Assembly (NCBI GenBank): GCA_964617015.1
Contig: CAZTVG010000001.1
Coordinates: 46,584 to 110,583 of the forward strand
Direction: 5' to 3'
DNA length: 64,000 nt
Source: Candidatus Woesearchaeota archaeon
GTDB lineage: Archaea; Nanobdellota; Nanobdellia; Pacearchaeales; GW2011-AR1
The translations under genes and the position numbers were made by a program. Of the stretch, positions 8,204-18,124 are shown in pieces; position 1 is the stretch's first letter, and each line of letters begins with the position of its first letter. Below the pieces are notes generated by a model. The model saw only the letters and a program-made list of their open reading frames with translations. It was not told the DNA's origin and did no database searches.

Positions 8204-11200
8204 ATGGAAAGGACTCGTTTAGCAAGGACTAGCATAAGCGAGCTTAAAAAAAGAATAATTCTGGCGCAAGAACGAAAATCAAAGATTACGCAATATCTTC
8301 AGGAACTCTGGGAAAAATACCAGACAGGAAAAATTTCCCGTGATTTCTATGTAGAAACAGCTCACAGACATTTCGACGGTAAAACCCTCAAAGAATGGGT
8401 TGAATATTATGACAATTACATAAACGAATGTGAAATATTAATTAAGAAACACAAAAAAGATCTTCTGAAAGGGCATTTTAGAACTTTTGTCTTCTCATTC
8501 ATCCTAATTATTGTTTTGCTTAGCGTGAGTCTATACACACAGCCAAGATTTGTTGGATTTTTAATCCAAGAACCAGTTCCTGTTTCAGAAATTGTAACAG
8601 ATGCAAATGCAACAATTACAACAACGCAACAACAAGCTATTCTCGGTCAGCCAGTAAAATGGACTAAAACTATTTCTTTAGACAAACCAACAAAAACAAA
8701 AATAAGATTACCGATAGAAGCCACAAATATATCTGTAAACAAAATATCATATTCAGAAGAAAATTTGGTGGAGGTTCTTCAAAACCAAACGAGTCCTTTC
8801 CAAGAAGAACCTCTTCCCTCTTCTGAAACAGAAAAACAAGAAGCATTGTTTAGCATAACAGGTCTTGTGACTGCAGAAGATGCAGGAATTCGAGAAGGCC
8901 TTTTATCTAGATTCTTCAGAAATCTAGGAAGAATTACAGGGCGAGCAATCTATGAACCAGAGGAAAAACTTGAAATTGAGATTAATGACACTGCAACAGA
9001 ATATGAAATTGAATATCAGACAGATGCACCATATGCAATTGAAGAACCTTTAACAACAGCCAAAGGCAAAAGAGTAAAAATTATCGGACCTGAAACAATT
9101 CATTATGAAAATGTTTTATCCTTTACAACACTTGATGAAAGTCTTAACATTAAAAATCCAAGAAATGTAAAAATTTTCTGGAGAGAAGAAAATAAATTCA
9201 TTTCTCCTACATCTATTCAAGATACAAACAACAACGGAATTTACGATTACATTGAATGGATTGCGCCTGTATTGTCTGAGCAGACTTTTGATATAATTGT
9301 TATAATAAAAGCAGAGCATCTTGACAGCAATAGAAACTTCGTAAGTGATATTTACGAAGAAGTTAAAGATTTAGATAATATCTGGTCAGAAGAAATTCCT
9401 TCAGAAGATTATGTAAGAGTTGTATTTGAGATTCCTTTGGATAATAAGAGAGATATTACAATTTATCCACGAGTTGTTTCAGGAAATCCAAAAATAGAAG
9501 TTTATGAATTCCAAGGAACAGAAATTATTGCAGAATTCACAAGTTTAAATTCAAATGAGTATAATAAAATCTTTTTAGATGGTTCAAGCGGAGCTGGTTT
9601 GGGAGATAAAATTCAAGACACTTTTGACTTGAAAATTCTCGACGGAAGTGTTGAGATTGACCATATAATTGATCCTTTCGAATCATTAACTGTTATTACA
9701 TGCACCATATCTGGTTGTAGTGTTACAAATTACAATGATAATACAACTTCAATAGGAGCAAGTATTAGTAAAAATAGTGAAGATCAGGTAAATATTTCTG
9801 CTACTTCAGATTTGGGAGGATTAGATACAATAAATAATGTAACTTTAGATTTTAGATGGACAAATGTGGTGAACTTAGATGGTCAATGGGGTATAACACC
9901 TCAATCACAAGATGGATTGACAAATTATTGTACTGCTATAGCAGTACCTCAAACAGACTTAGCTGAAGATGTATATACAGTAATAGATATATTTACAGGT
10001 TGTGTAGATACAAAAGCAGAGTTAGATGATTTAAGATTTAATATAAGGAATTCAGATGCAGGCCAGGGTCAAACTGGTGATGTCCTTTATGTTAATGTAA
10101 CAATAAATTTTACAGTAGTATCAGATACAGAACAACCAAAATGGCAGGAGAATACTACAAACAGCACAGAAGCAGGAACATTGATAAAACACAGTGTGAG
10201 ATGGACAGATGATACTGCCTTGGATGGTTTTATCTTTAGCTTTGACAATGGAACAGGAACTTTCGTCAATGATTCTTTTGTTTCAATGACTGGAACTAAT
10301 AATTATAGTAATGTTACTAAAGTAGTTAATTCAACAGTTGGTTCAACAATACAATGGATAGTCTATGCTAATGATTCTTCAAATAATTTTAACAATACAG
10401 ATACTTTTATTTATACTACGACATCAGCAAACGCAGCCCCAACAATTGATTTTGTCGAAGCAATACCTGGCCTAACCCCTAATGAAAGTTCCACAAATAC
10501 CACATCATTTAACTTCACTGCAACAGATACTGATGGATTTACAGACATAAATGTAAGTTCTGCACAGGGATTTTTCCAGAGAGCAGGGGAGACGACAAGA
10601 AGTGACCTATCCTGTGTTAACTGGAGTCAGTCTGGAAATGACGTTAACTTCACATGTACTATAGGTATGTTTTATTATGATGAAGCAGGCTCGTGGACCA
10701 TAAATGTGACTGTGAGAGACAATGCTGATGAAACTGCTGAAAATTCTTCAACAACATTTACCTATCTCACATTAACTGCAATGGTGATGTCTCCTACAGC
10801 TCTTGGCTGGGATACTATAAATTTGACTGATACAGACACTGGTTCAACCAGTGACCCAATTACTTTGAATAATACAGGTAATGCCGTGAACTTAAACATC
10901 AATATAACAGCATTTAATCTGCAGGGAAATACAACTCTGACAGAATATATTTTTGCAGAAAACTTCACTGTTGAAGATGCTTCAGAAGGCTGTACTGGAA
11001 CAGCTATGGTAAATGCAACTTCCACAAACGTGACTTCATCAATACTACAGAGAGGTAACAATACTTTAAATTATAATAATGCAACTTCGGGACAAGAGCA
11101 AATATTTTTCTGTCTGAAGGGGGTTCCTCAGGACATCAGCGCACAGGAATATTCTTCAATTGCATATGGTGCCTGGGAAATAAGAATCCTGTTGGTTGCA

Positions 11201-11788
11201 ATAATCCCTGCTGCAAGAAGAAAGAAAAAGAAGAAGGAAGAAGACAAGCTAATAGAATCTCTTGATTTGTTAGAATACTTACACATTGTGGATAAATTAA
11301 AAGAACAGTATGGATTCAGCAATGAAGAAATAGTCAAGACAATAATTGAAAAAGCAAGCAAGAAATATAATTTAGATAGAACAAAACTCTTAAGGACAAT
11401 AAAGGCAAGAGAGGGCATAGATATTCCGGTTACAATTTTCTCAAAAAAACTCGGAGCATTGGAGTCAATAGTAAAATACATGAAGGAAAATCTTGGAATG
11501 AATTATCGCGAAATCGCGAAAGAGCTCGGAAGAGATGAAAGAACAATCTGGACATCTTACAAAAAAGCAAATGAAAAACAAAAAGAGCCAATAAAGCCAA
11601 AAGAAACAAAAATAAACATACCATCATCAGTCTTTGAAAATAAAAAATTGACAATGCTTGAATCCATAATAATTTATTTGAAACAAAAAGGATTCAAATT
11701 CAGCGAGATGGAAAAATTGCTTGAAAGAGACCAGAGAAACATAGGAACAATTTATTCAAGAGCCATGAAAAAAATAAAAAACAAATAA
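8204..11788 (+). CDS. large two-pass membrane protein: cytoplasmic helical N-terminus, about 1000-aa sequon-rich ectodomain, C-terminal cytoplasmic tail with two sigma70-region-4-like HTH repeats
   Basis: 1194 aa. TM1 FRTFVFSFILIIVLLSVSLY. Second hydrophobic segment WEIRILLVAIIPAA followed by RRKKKKKEED. Tail repeats LESIVKYMKENLGMNYREIAKELGRDERTIWTSYKKA and LESIIIYLKQKGFKFSEMEKLLERDQRNIGTIYSRAMKKIK resemble sigma-70 r4 / ECF-type HTH. Confidence 0.55.
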   Translation: MERTRLARTSISELKKRIILAQERKSKITQYLQELWEKYQTGKISRDFYVETAHRHFDGKTLKEWVEYYDNYINECEILIKKHKKDLLKGHFRTFVFSFILIIVLLSVSLYTQPRFVGFLIQEPVPVSEIVTDANATITTTQQQAILGQPVKWTKTISLDKPTKTKIRLPIEATNISVNKISYSEENLVEVLQNQTSPFQEEPLPSSETEKQEALFSITGLVTAEDAGIREGLLSRFFRNLGRITGRAIYEPEEKLEIEINDTATEYEIEYQTDAPYAIEEPLTTAKGKRVKIIGPETIHYENVLSFTTLDESLNIKNPRNVKIFWREENKFISPTSIQDTNNNGIYDYIEWIAPVLSEQTFDIIVIIKAEHLDSNRNFVSDIYEEVKDLDNIWSEEIPSEDYVRVVFEIPLDNKRDITIYPRVVSGNPKIEVYEFQGTEIIAEFTSLNSNEYNKIFLDGSSGAGLGDKIQDTFDLKILDGSVEIDHIIDPFESLTVITCTISGCSVTNYNDNTTSIGASISKNSEDQVNISATSDLGGLDTINNVTLDFRWTNVVNLDGQWGITPQSQDGLTNYCTAIAVPQTDLAEDVYTVIDIFTGCVDTKAELDDLRFNIRNSDAGQGQTGDVLYVNVTINFTVVSDTEQPKWQENTTNSTEAGTLIKHSVRWTDDTALDGFIFSFDNGTGTFVNDSFVSMTGTNNYSNVTKVVNSTVGSTIQWIVYANDSSNNFNNTDTFIYTTTSANAAPTIDFVEAIPGLTPNESSTNTTSFNFTATDTDGFTDINVSSAQGFFQRAGETTRSDLSCVNWSQSGNDVNFTCTIGMFYYDEAGSWTINVTVRDNADETAENSSTTFTYLTLTAMVMSPTALGWDTINLTDTDTGSTSDPITLNNTGNAVNLNINITAFNLQGNTTLTEYIFAENFTVEDASEGCTGTAMVNATSTNVTSSILQRGNNTLNYNNATSGQEQIFFCLKGVPQDISAQEYSSIAYGAWEIRILLVAIIPAARRKKKKKEEDKLIESLDLLEYLHIVDKLKEQYGFSNEEIVKTIIEKASKKYNLDRTKLLRTIKAREGIDIPVTIFSKKLGALESIVKYMKENLGMNYREIAKELGRDERTIWTSYKKANEKQKEPIKPKETKINIPSSVFENKKLTMLESIIIYLKQKGFKFSEMEKLLERDQRNIGTIYSRAMKKIKNK

Positions 11789-11895
11789 AAAGTGTTAAAA
11801 ATGGAAAAAGAAGAGCGGAAAAAGTAGAACATAGAGATTGAATATAAATAAAAAAGGAAAGAAATGTTTAAAAATAAAGAAAACGTAATTTTTGA

Positions 11896-12813
11896 ATGGT
11901 GAAAAGAGGTACAAAGGTGATTGTTTTTTTAGGACTCTTGATATTATTAATGGTTCCGTTGGTATCTGCAGGAATCTTTTCAGATTGGTGGGGTAAGATA
12001 ACAGGAAAATTAACCGAGGGCACAACCACGGTAAACATTACAATAGGAAACAATCCTCCTACAATTGACAGGGTTGAACCAATACCTAACATAGCTCCTA
12101 ATGAAGGGGGGTTTAATTCAACTACTTTTAATTTTACTGCGACAGACACTGACGGAGCTTCTAACATCAATTTGAGTAGTGCGCAGGGAAGGTTTCAGCT
12201 AACAGGAGAAACGACAAGAGTAAATTTATCATGCAGTGACTGGGCATCTGCTGGAAACGATGTTAATTTTACATGTACAATTGATATGTATTACTTTGAT
12301 AAAAATGATGCTTCATGGACAATAAATGTGACTGTAAGAGATAATAGCCAGGCAACTGCTGAAAATTCTTCTACATCATTCACTTACAACTTGCTTACAG
12401 CAATGGTTATGGCTCCGACAGCACTTGGCTGGCCTGAGGTAGGATTGACAGCTACAGATACAGGTGCCAATGATAATATTACTATAAATAATACAGGTAA
12501 TGATGTTGATCTAAATATTAATGTAACATCACTCGACCTTCAGGGAAATACAACACTGACACACTATATTTTTGCAGAAAACTTCACTGTTGAAAATACC
12601 TATCCTGGTTGTACTGGAACAGCTATGGTAAATGCAACTTCCACAAACGTGACTTCATCAATACTACAGAGAGGTAACAATACTTTAAATTATAATAATG
12701 CAACTTCAGGACAGGAAGAGATTTCCTTCTGTCTGAAGGGTGTTCCCCAGGATATTAGTTCACAGGAATATTCCTCAATAGCATTGGGTGCATGGACAAT
12801 TACTATTAACTAA
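11896..12813 (+). CDS. secreted paralog of the ectodomain C-terminal region of the 8204-11788 protein
   Basis: 305 aa with signal peptide. About 250 aa align with residues about 745-1000 of the upstream protein, including a roughly 100-nt stretch of perfect nucleotide identity. Confidence 0.6.
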   Translation: MVKRGTKVIVFLGLLILLMVPLVSAGIFSDWWGKITGKLTEGTTTVNITIGNNPPTIDRVEPIPNIAPNEGGFNSTTFNFTATDTDGASNINLSSAQGRFQLTGETTRVNLSCSDWASAGNDVNFTCTIDMYYFDKNDASWTINVTVRDNSQATAENSSTSFTYNLLTAMVMAPTALGWPEVGLTATDTGANDNITINNTGNDVDLNINVTSLDLQGNTTLTHYIFAENFTVENTYPGCTGTAMVNATSTNVTSSILQRGNNTLNYNNATSGQEEISFCLKGVPQDISSQEYSSIALGAWTITIN

Positions 12814-12818
12814 ATAAA

Positions 12819-13379
12819 ATGAGAAAAATGAATAAAAAAATAGGAATGATTGTTGGAGCAGTTGGATTATTGGTGATGATGAGTTTATTTGCAAGTGCAT
12901 TCGGGGTTTCAACTTCTTATTGGGACGAGAATCCACTAAGAATAGCTCCCGGAGAATCAATAACTGTTTCGCTGGGATTACAAAATGGCGGGGGTGGAAC
13001 TGAAGATATAACTCTAAGAGCAGAGCTTACAAATGACGGTGGAGGAATAGCGACACTGGTTGATGAAGATTTAGATTACTTTGTTCCTGTGGGAGGGGGT
13101 GTCGGAGTTCCCATAAGAATAGAACTTTCAGAAGATGCTGAGACAGGCATTACACATCAAATAACTGTTTCATTTACACAGGTTGCTTCTGGAGAAGGTG
13201 GTATGGTGCGTCTTACAGGGGGTGTCGTGAGTAATCTCCCTGTTGAAGTAGTTGGTGAAGAGGAAAGTGAATTATATACCCCTGAAGCTAAAAAAGGCCT
13301 TTCTGGTTTTTGGATGATTGTAATTGCTCTGGCTGTTGCACTGACAATTTTCCTTATTGCAAGAAGTAGAAAAGATTAA
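12819..13379 (+). CDS. small surface protein with signal peptide and C-terminal TM anchor
   Basis: 186 aa. Signal IGMIVGAVGLLVMMSLFASAFG, Gly-rich beta-like core, anchor FWMIVIALAVALTIFLIARSRKD. Confidence 0.5.
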   Translation: MRKMNKKIGMIVGAVGLLVMMSLFASAFGVSTSYWDENPLRIAPGESITVSLGLQNGGGGTEDITLRAELTNDGGGIATLVDEDLDYFVPVGGGVGVPIRIELSEDAETGITHQITVSFTQVASGEGGMVRLTGGVVSNLPVEVVGEEESELYTPEAKKGLSGFWMIVIALAVALTIFLIARSRKD

Positions 13380-13446
13380 GAAACAAATAATCATCAAATT
13401 TAAAATTCCTAATAAACTTTAAATAGATTATTTTATTGTTCTATTA

Positions 13447-15141
13447 ATGAAAAGATTGATATTTATTCTTTTATTAGGCATAGGTTTATTTTTTATATTA
13501 ATATGGGCTATAAATACAGAAACCACGACAGGAGATACAGCTACAGGAGAAGTGGTTACAACAGGGGAGATAACAGAGGCTAGTGTGACTATCACAATAG
13601 CTATTACTGGCGTTCCTTTTTTAACAATTATTAAACCATTAAATCAGACTTATTTTGAAAATGAAAGCCTTAGATTAAAGGTTGATACCAACACAAATGA
13701 TATGTGGTATAATCTGGATAATGGAGCTAATATAACCTTTACAGATGAGGTGCTTTTCAATACATCAGAAGGAGGGCATACAATTTATGTTTTTGCCAAT
13801 AATAGTTTTGGAACAACAACTAAAAACGTTACATTTACTGTCGATGGCAGCCTCTATGAAATTATTCATGAAAATTATAAAGATGCCAATAAAGGCGTCT
13901 CAACAAATTTCAGTGAATTTTCGTTTACAGAAATACAGAATTTAAGTGATATTGTTTTAGAAGATACCATTTATGGAAAGATTATTTTTAATGATGCCAT
14001 TAACGTGACAGATGATGCAAATACAACTTATAGTGAAACAGATTTAGATACCAACACAAATATTTCATTCAATAGGATTGAATTAGATTCCATTGCCTTG
14101 CCCAATTTCAATAAAAATGCCAACCTCTACCTTTACAATCTAACTTTTTCTAACCCAAGAATATTGAAAGATGGAGCGGTTTGCCCTTCTACAGTCTGCA
14201 CGCAGAACAGTTATTCAGGAGGCACTCTGAGTTTTAATGTAACAGGTTTCACTGTTTATTCTGCAGAAGAAACTCCTGAAGATGAACTTGTTCTTCCTCC
14301 ACCACCAGGAGGAGGGGGCGGAGGTCTGATTTTCACTACAAGTGTAGATGAAATAAGCATATCTCTGAAACAAGGGGATGTAAAAACAAAAGAGATAACA
14401 ATCAATAATCTAGGAAACAATAAACTTTCGTTTTCAGTAACTTCTGATATAGGAGAATTTGTAAAAATAAATCAAGAAAACTTCCAAATTGGGCCAAAAG
14501 AGAAGAAAACAATAATTATTGATTTCATAGCCAGAGAAAATACTATTCCGGAATTATATTTAGGAAATTTATTTATTGAAGCATTGGGAGTAAAAAAAAT
14601 AATCCCAATCACAATAGAAGTAGAATCCAAGGTAGCTCTTTTTGACATCTCAATAGAAATACCTGAAAGATTTTTAGATATCTCTCCTGGAGAAGAATTG
14701 CTCGTGAAAATAGATTTGCATAATTTAGTAAGTGAGACAGAAACAAATATAGATTTAGAATACATAATCAAGGATATAAATGGAAATATAATGCTTACTG
14801 AGGGGGAGAGAATTTCTGTAGAGGGAAGAAAAACGTTTGAAAAACTAATAAAAATTCCAGAAGATATCGGATTTGGAAGATATGTTCTATATGTAAGATT
14901 AATTTATGACAACACTGTAGCAAGTTCAAGCGCCTGGTTCAACGTTGAAAAAAAATTTAATTGGTTTGAAACCAGAAAAATAGAAAAAGTTTTATTGATA
15001 ATCTTTACTTTAGTAGTAATATTTATAATAATTTATAAAAACAAAAGAATTCAAAGATTTTTACATAATATGGAAAAATTATTTTTAAGAAAAGCATTTA
15101 TAAAAAAGGAATCACTAACAAAAAAGAGATCATTCCCCTAA
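13447..15141 (+). CDS. secreted/type I membrane surface protein
   Basis: 564 aa. Signal peptide, N-x-S/T-rich domains, [10 protein letters not shown] linker, C-terminal [17 protein letters not shown] plus basic tail. Confidence 0.5.
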   Translation: MKRLIFILLLGIGLFFILIWAINTETTTGDTATGEVVTTGEITEASVTITIAITGVPFLTIIKPLNQTYFENESLRLKVDTNTNDMWYNLDNGANITFTDEVLFNTSEGGHTIYVFANNSFGTTTKNVTFTVDGSLYEIIHENYKDANKGVSTNFSEFSFTEIQNLSDIVLEDTIYGKIIFNDAINVTDDANTTYSETDLDTNTNISFNRIELDSIALPNFNKNANLYLYNLTFSNPRILKDGAVCPSTVCTQNSYSGGTLSFNVTGFTVYSAEETPEDELVLPPPPGGGGGGLIFTTSVDEISISLKQGDVKTKEITINNLGNNKLSFSVTSDIGEFVKINQENFQIGPKEKKTIIIDFIARENTIPELYLGNLFIEALGVKKIIPITIEVESKVALFDISIEIPERFLDISPGEELLVKIDLHNLVSETETNIDLEYIIKDINGNIMLTEGERISVEGRKTFEKLIKIPEDIGFGRYVLYVRLIYDNTVASSSAWFNVEKKFNWFETRKIEKVLLIIFTLVVIFIIIYKNKRIQRFLHNMEKLFLRKAFIKKESLTKKRSFP

Positions 15142-15546
15142 AACCTTAATTAAGATTCTTTTGTTTCTCTGGCCATCAAACTCTGCATAAAAGATTGCCT
15201 CCCATGGTCCAAAATCCAGATCCCCGCCCTTAATTGCAAGTGTGGTTTCTCTCCCCATTATTGTTCTCCATAGATGGGCATATGCATTGTCTTCTCCTGT
15301 TAAATTGTGTTTATACAAATCTTTATCCATTGGTGCAAGTTTTTCAAGCCATTTCCTGAAATCTTGAAGCAAGCCAGACTCATTATCATTAATAAACACA
15401 CTTGCTGTTATATGCATGGGATTCACAAGAGCAATACCGTCATTAATTCCTGATTCACGAACAGCTTTTCTTACCTGTTCAGTTATGTTCACAAAGTCTA
15501 TTCTTTTCTTTGTGTTTATTGTAAGGTATTTTGTATGAATTTTCAT
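15130..15546 (-). CDS. yjbQ: YjbQ/UPF0047 family protein (secondary thiamine-phosphate synthase-like)
   Basis: Start reassigned to [25 protein letters not shown]... (139 aa). The track's longer ORF to 15660 runs into the tRNA-Cys gene. Confidence 0.6.
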   Translation of the reverse strand: MKIHTKYLTINTKKRIDFVNITEQVRKAVRESGINDGIALVNPMHITASVFINDNESGLLQDFRKWLEKLAPMDKDLYKHNLTGEDNAYAHLWRTIMGRETTLAIKGGDLDFGPWEAIFYAEFDGQRNKRILIKVLGE

Positions 15547-15618
15547 TTTAAAAAAATGCTCGTGAAGATACACTTCGCATAAAGGGAAAGTATGCTTGTG
15601 AAGATACACTTCGCATAA

Positions 15619-15691
15619 AGCGGAGGCTGGGATTCGAACCCAGGAATACTCGGGCTGCAACCGAGCGCGTTAACCACTTCGCCACCCCCGC
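15619..15691 (-). tRNA. tRNA-Cys (GCA)
   Basis: Minus-strand cloverleaf GCGGGGG-TG-GCGA..CGCG-CTCGG-TTGCAGC-CCGAG-TATTC-CTGGG-TTCGAAT-CCCAG-CCTCCGC-T. Confidence 0.8.
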
Positions 15692-15712
15692 ATCATTAAT
15701 TCATGTATGGGA

Positions 15713-15787
15713 TGCCCCTGACAGGATTTGAACCTGCGACCTACTGCTTAGAAGGCAGTCACTCTATCCAGACTGAGCTACAGGGGC
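15713..15787 (-). tRNA. tRNA-Arg (UCU)
   Basis: Minus-strand cloverleaf GCCCCTG-TA-GCTC..GAGT-G-ACTGC-CTTCTAA-GCAGT-AGGTC-GCAGG-TTCAAAT-CCTGT-CAGGGGC-A. Confidence 0.8.
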
Positions 15788-15875
15788 TCACTAAAAAATA
15801 AGAAAAAGTTCTATTTAAAATCTTTCCCTTTTTCAATCATATAAAATTTAAAAAGAATAGATTATCTATAAGTTT

Positions 15876-16199
15876 ATGGATTTAAGCAAAAAGAAGTGTG
15901 TTCCATGTGAAAGCGAAACTTCTCCTATGAAAAAAACCTTAATTAAAAAATACCTAAAAAAAATTAAAAGATGGAGATTAAAGAAAGGAAAATTATACAA
16001 AGAATTTAAATTTAAAGATTTTAGAGAAACATTAAAATTTGTCAATAAAGTAGGAAAAATAGCTGAAAAAGAGGGGCATCATCCTGATACTTATTTCACA
16101 TGGGGCAAGTGCAATATTGAATTATACACCCATGCTATAAATGGATTAAGAGAAAATGATTTCATATTAGCTTCTAAAATTGACAAAATATCTTCCTAA
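15876..16199 (+). CDS. pterin-4a-carbinolamine dehydratase
   Basis: 107 aa. Signature EGHHPDTYFTWGKCNIELYTH. Confidence 0.75.
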   Translation: MDLSKKKCVPCESETSPMKKTLIKKYLKKIKRWRLKKGKLYKEFKFKDFRETLKFVNKVGKIAEKEGHHPDTYFTWGKCNIELYTHAINGLRENDFILASKIDKISS

Positions 16200-17098
16200 A
16201 TCTCAATGACCTCTAAATCATGCGCGAGAGAAGAATTCTTAAAGATTTTTTTGGCTTCATTCAGAATTTTTTCTGGTTTTCTGCTGTATCTTTGACTAAC
16301 GTGTGTCAATATAAGTTTCTTGGAATTTGATTTCTTGGCTATTTCTGCAGCCTGTTTTGCCGTCAGATGTTTATATTCCCTGGCCTTATTTTCAAGTTCT
16401 GAACCAAAACTTGCCTCACAAACCAGAATATCAGAATTTTTGACAAAGGGAGCTATTTTTTTGTTTATAGATGTGTCAAGAACAAAGGAAATCTTTTTCT
16501 CTTTTTCCTTAAAAGTTAAATTCTCTGCAAGATATTTTTTTCCCCTATAGGTCACATTCTTTCCTTCTTTCAGTCTTTTAATCAAAGGTCCATGAGGCAA
16601 TCCTGATTTCCTTAATTTTCTCTTGTCAACTCTTATTCGCCCTTTTTTGACAAAAGAGTACGCATTACACGGAACTTTGTGCGTCATTGATTCTGCTTTC
16701 AAATAAAAATCTTTAGTTTCAAAAAACTTTCTGGAAACTTCTTTAATATCCAAATGGAAGTATTTTTTTACTGCAAAAAGTTTCAAAAGCTCTTGCATAA
16801 AAAATTTGGTTTTCCTTGGTCCGTAGACAGAAAGTTTTTTGTTGTAACCACTCAGACCAAGAGTCTTTAAAAGTCCAGGGATTCCAAGTATATGGTCTGC
16901 GTGCCAGTGGGTGATCAAAATCCTTGTCAGCCTGCAGGGATTCAGTCTCGCTTTTCTGAATTGTCTCTGAGTTCCTTCACCACAATCAACAAGAATATTT
17001 TCCCCATTGTAAGTTAATAAAATTGCCGTATGGTTTCTCGTTGAAGTGGGAATTGCATCAGAAGTTCCAAGAAAAGTTAATTTTATCTTTTCTGTCAT
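16196..17098 (-). CDS. rnz: ribonuclease Z (tRNA 3' endonuclease, metallo-beta-lactamase fold)
   Basis: 300 aa. LTFLGTSDAIPT...ILITHWHADHILGIPGLL (HxHxDH motif). Confidence 0.8.
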   Translation of the reverse strand: MTEKIKLTFLGTSDAIPTSTRNHTAILLTYNGENILVDCGEGTQRQFRKARLNPCRLTRILITHWHADHILGIPGLLKTLGLSGYNKKLSVYGPRKTKFFMQELLKLFAVKKYFHLDIKEVSRKFFETKDFYLKAESMTHKVPCNAYSFVKKGRIRVDKRKLRKSGLPHGPLIKRLKEGKNVTYRGKKYLAENLTFKEKEKKISFVLDTSINKKIAPFVKNSDILVCEASFGSELENKAREYKHLTAKQAAEIAKKSNSKKLILTHVSQRYSRKPEKILNEAKKIFKNSSLAHDLEVIEI

Positions 17099-17242
17099 GA
17101 AAAAAAATAGTTAAATTGATTTATATAAGTTGTGAAAAACCTGAATTATTTTTTTCTGTATGGGTATCTTTTCTTTAATCTCCCTCTGTTATATTTCCTT
17201 CCATGAATAATCAAAGAAAGGGTTATTTAAAAATTAAACTCT

Positions 17243-17494
17243 TTATTCTTTTTTCAGAGCTGTTGATGCTGGAGAAATGAATATGATGGTGTCTCCTCTT
17301 AAAAAAGTCAGTCCAAGATTCCTCTTTATCTCATTATTTTCCATTTCCTTAATATTATCCAAAACAAGATTAATGTGGATATCAAAAGCTAGTAAAGTTC
17401 CGACAAATTGCTTATCTCCCTTCAGGTGCACCAAAATTTCCTTTCCCTTCGAGTTATTTAAAAGATCCAAGGGTCTTTCAATTCCATTAACCAT
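17243..17494 (-). CDS. Sm-like archaeal protein (LSm)
   Basis: 83 aa. RPLDLLNNSKGKEILVHLKGDKQFVGTLLAFDIHINLVLDNIKE has the Sm1/Sm2 pattern. Confidence 0.7.
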   Translation of the reverse strand: MVNGIERPLDLLNNSKGKEILVHLKGDKQFVGTLLAFDIHINLVLDNIKEMENNEIKRNLGLTFLRGDTIIFISPASTALKKE

Positions 17495-17642
17495 ATTCTA
17501 TCTTCTGCAGGATTTGTTTATAAAGATTTCGTTAATGCAAAACAGAAAGATATTTAAACAAAAATCAAATTTTTTAGTTTATGAAAAGAAAACACACTTT
17601 AATAAATTAAAATGCGTAAAAAAATATATTTTAATAAGTAAA

Positions 17643-18002
17643 ATGCATAAAGGAAGAAAGGTTTCTGGCGGTAAATATAGAAAAGGAAGAAAGAAAAAAC
17701 TTTATGAGTTAGCAGGACAAAAAAGAACAGTCAGACTCGGAGAAGAGAAAAGAAAGTCAAAAAGAATCAGGGGAGGGAACAAAAAAACTTTCCTGCTTAA
17801 AGCGAAATTCATAAATGTGATTACAAAAGACGGAAATAAAAAAACGGAAATAAAAAACGTTGCTGAGACCCCTTCAAACAGATTCCTGGCAAGACAAAAC
17901 ATAGTTACAAAAGGAACTGTTGTTGAAACAGATCTTGGAAAAGTTCGTGTTACAAACAGACCAAGCCAGGAAGGTGTTGTCAACGGTATTTTGATAGAAT
18001 AA
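17643..18002 (+). CDS. rps8e: ribosomal protein eS8 (S8e)
   Basis: Start reassigned to MHKGRKVSGGKYRKGRKKKLYELAGQ... (119 aa). The upstream part of track ORF 17277-18002 is antisense to the LSm gene. Confidence 0.75.
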   Translation: MHKGRKVSGGKYRKGRKKKLYELAGQKRTVRLGEEKRKSKRIRGGNKKTFLLKAKFINVITKDGNKKTEIKNVAETPSNRFLARQNIVTKGTVVETDLGKVRVTNRPSQEGVVNGILIE

Positions 18003-18052
18003 CTTAAGAATTCTGAAACAAAATTTACTACTCTAATAAACTATAAAAAACA

Positions 18053-18083
18053 AAAGCTTTATAAATACGAAAGCTTTATAAAG
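18053..18083 (+). promoter_or_regulatory. tandem duplicated TATA-like element AAAGCTTTATAAA (x2) upstream of tfb
   Basis: Two copies 17 nt apart, 40-70 nt upstream of the tfb ATG at 18125. TTTATAAA is the archaeal TATA consensus. Confidence 0.4.
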
Positions 18084-18124
18084 ATTACGTTAAGCTGAAA
18101 ATAATATAATTTCTTAATTTTAAA

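Noticed and set aside
15547-15660. N-terminal extension of the yjbQ ORF (track start 15660)
   Set aside because: The extension overlaps the tRNA-Cys gene. The conserved YjbQ start MKIHTKYL begins at 15546 with a TATA-like AT-rich stretch directly upstream.
17277-17642. Upstream part of track ORF 17277-18002
   Set aside because: It is antisense to the LSm gene and intergenic. The S8e homology starts at MHKGRK (17643).
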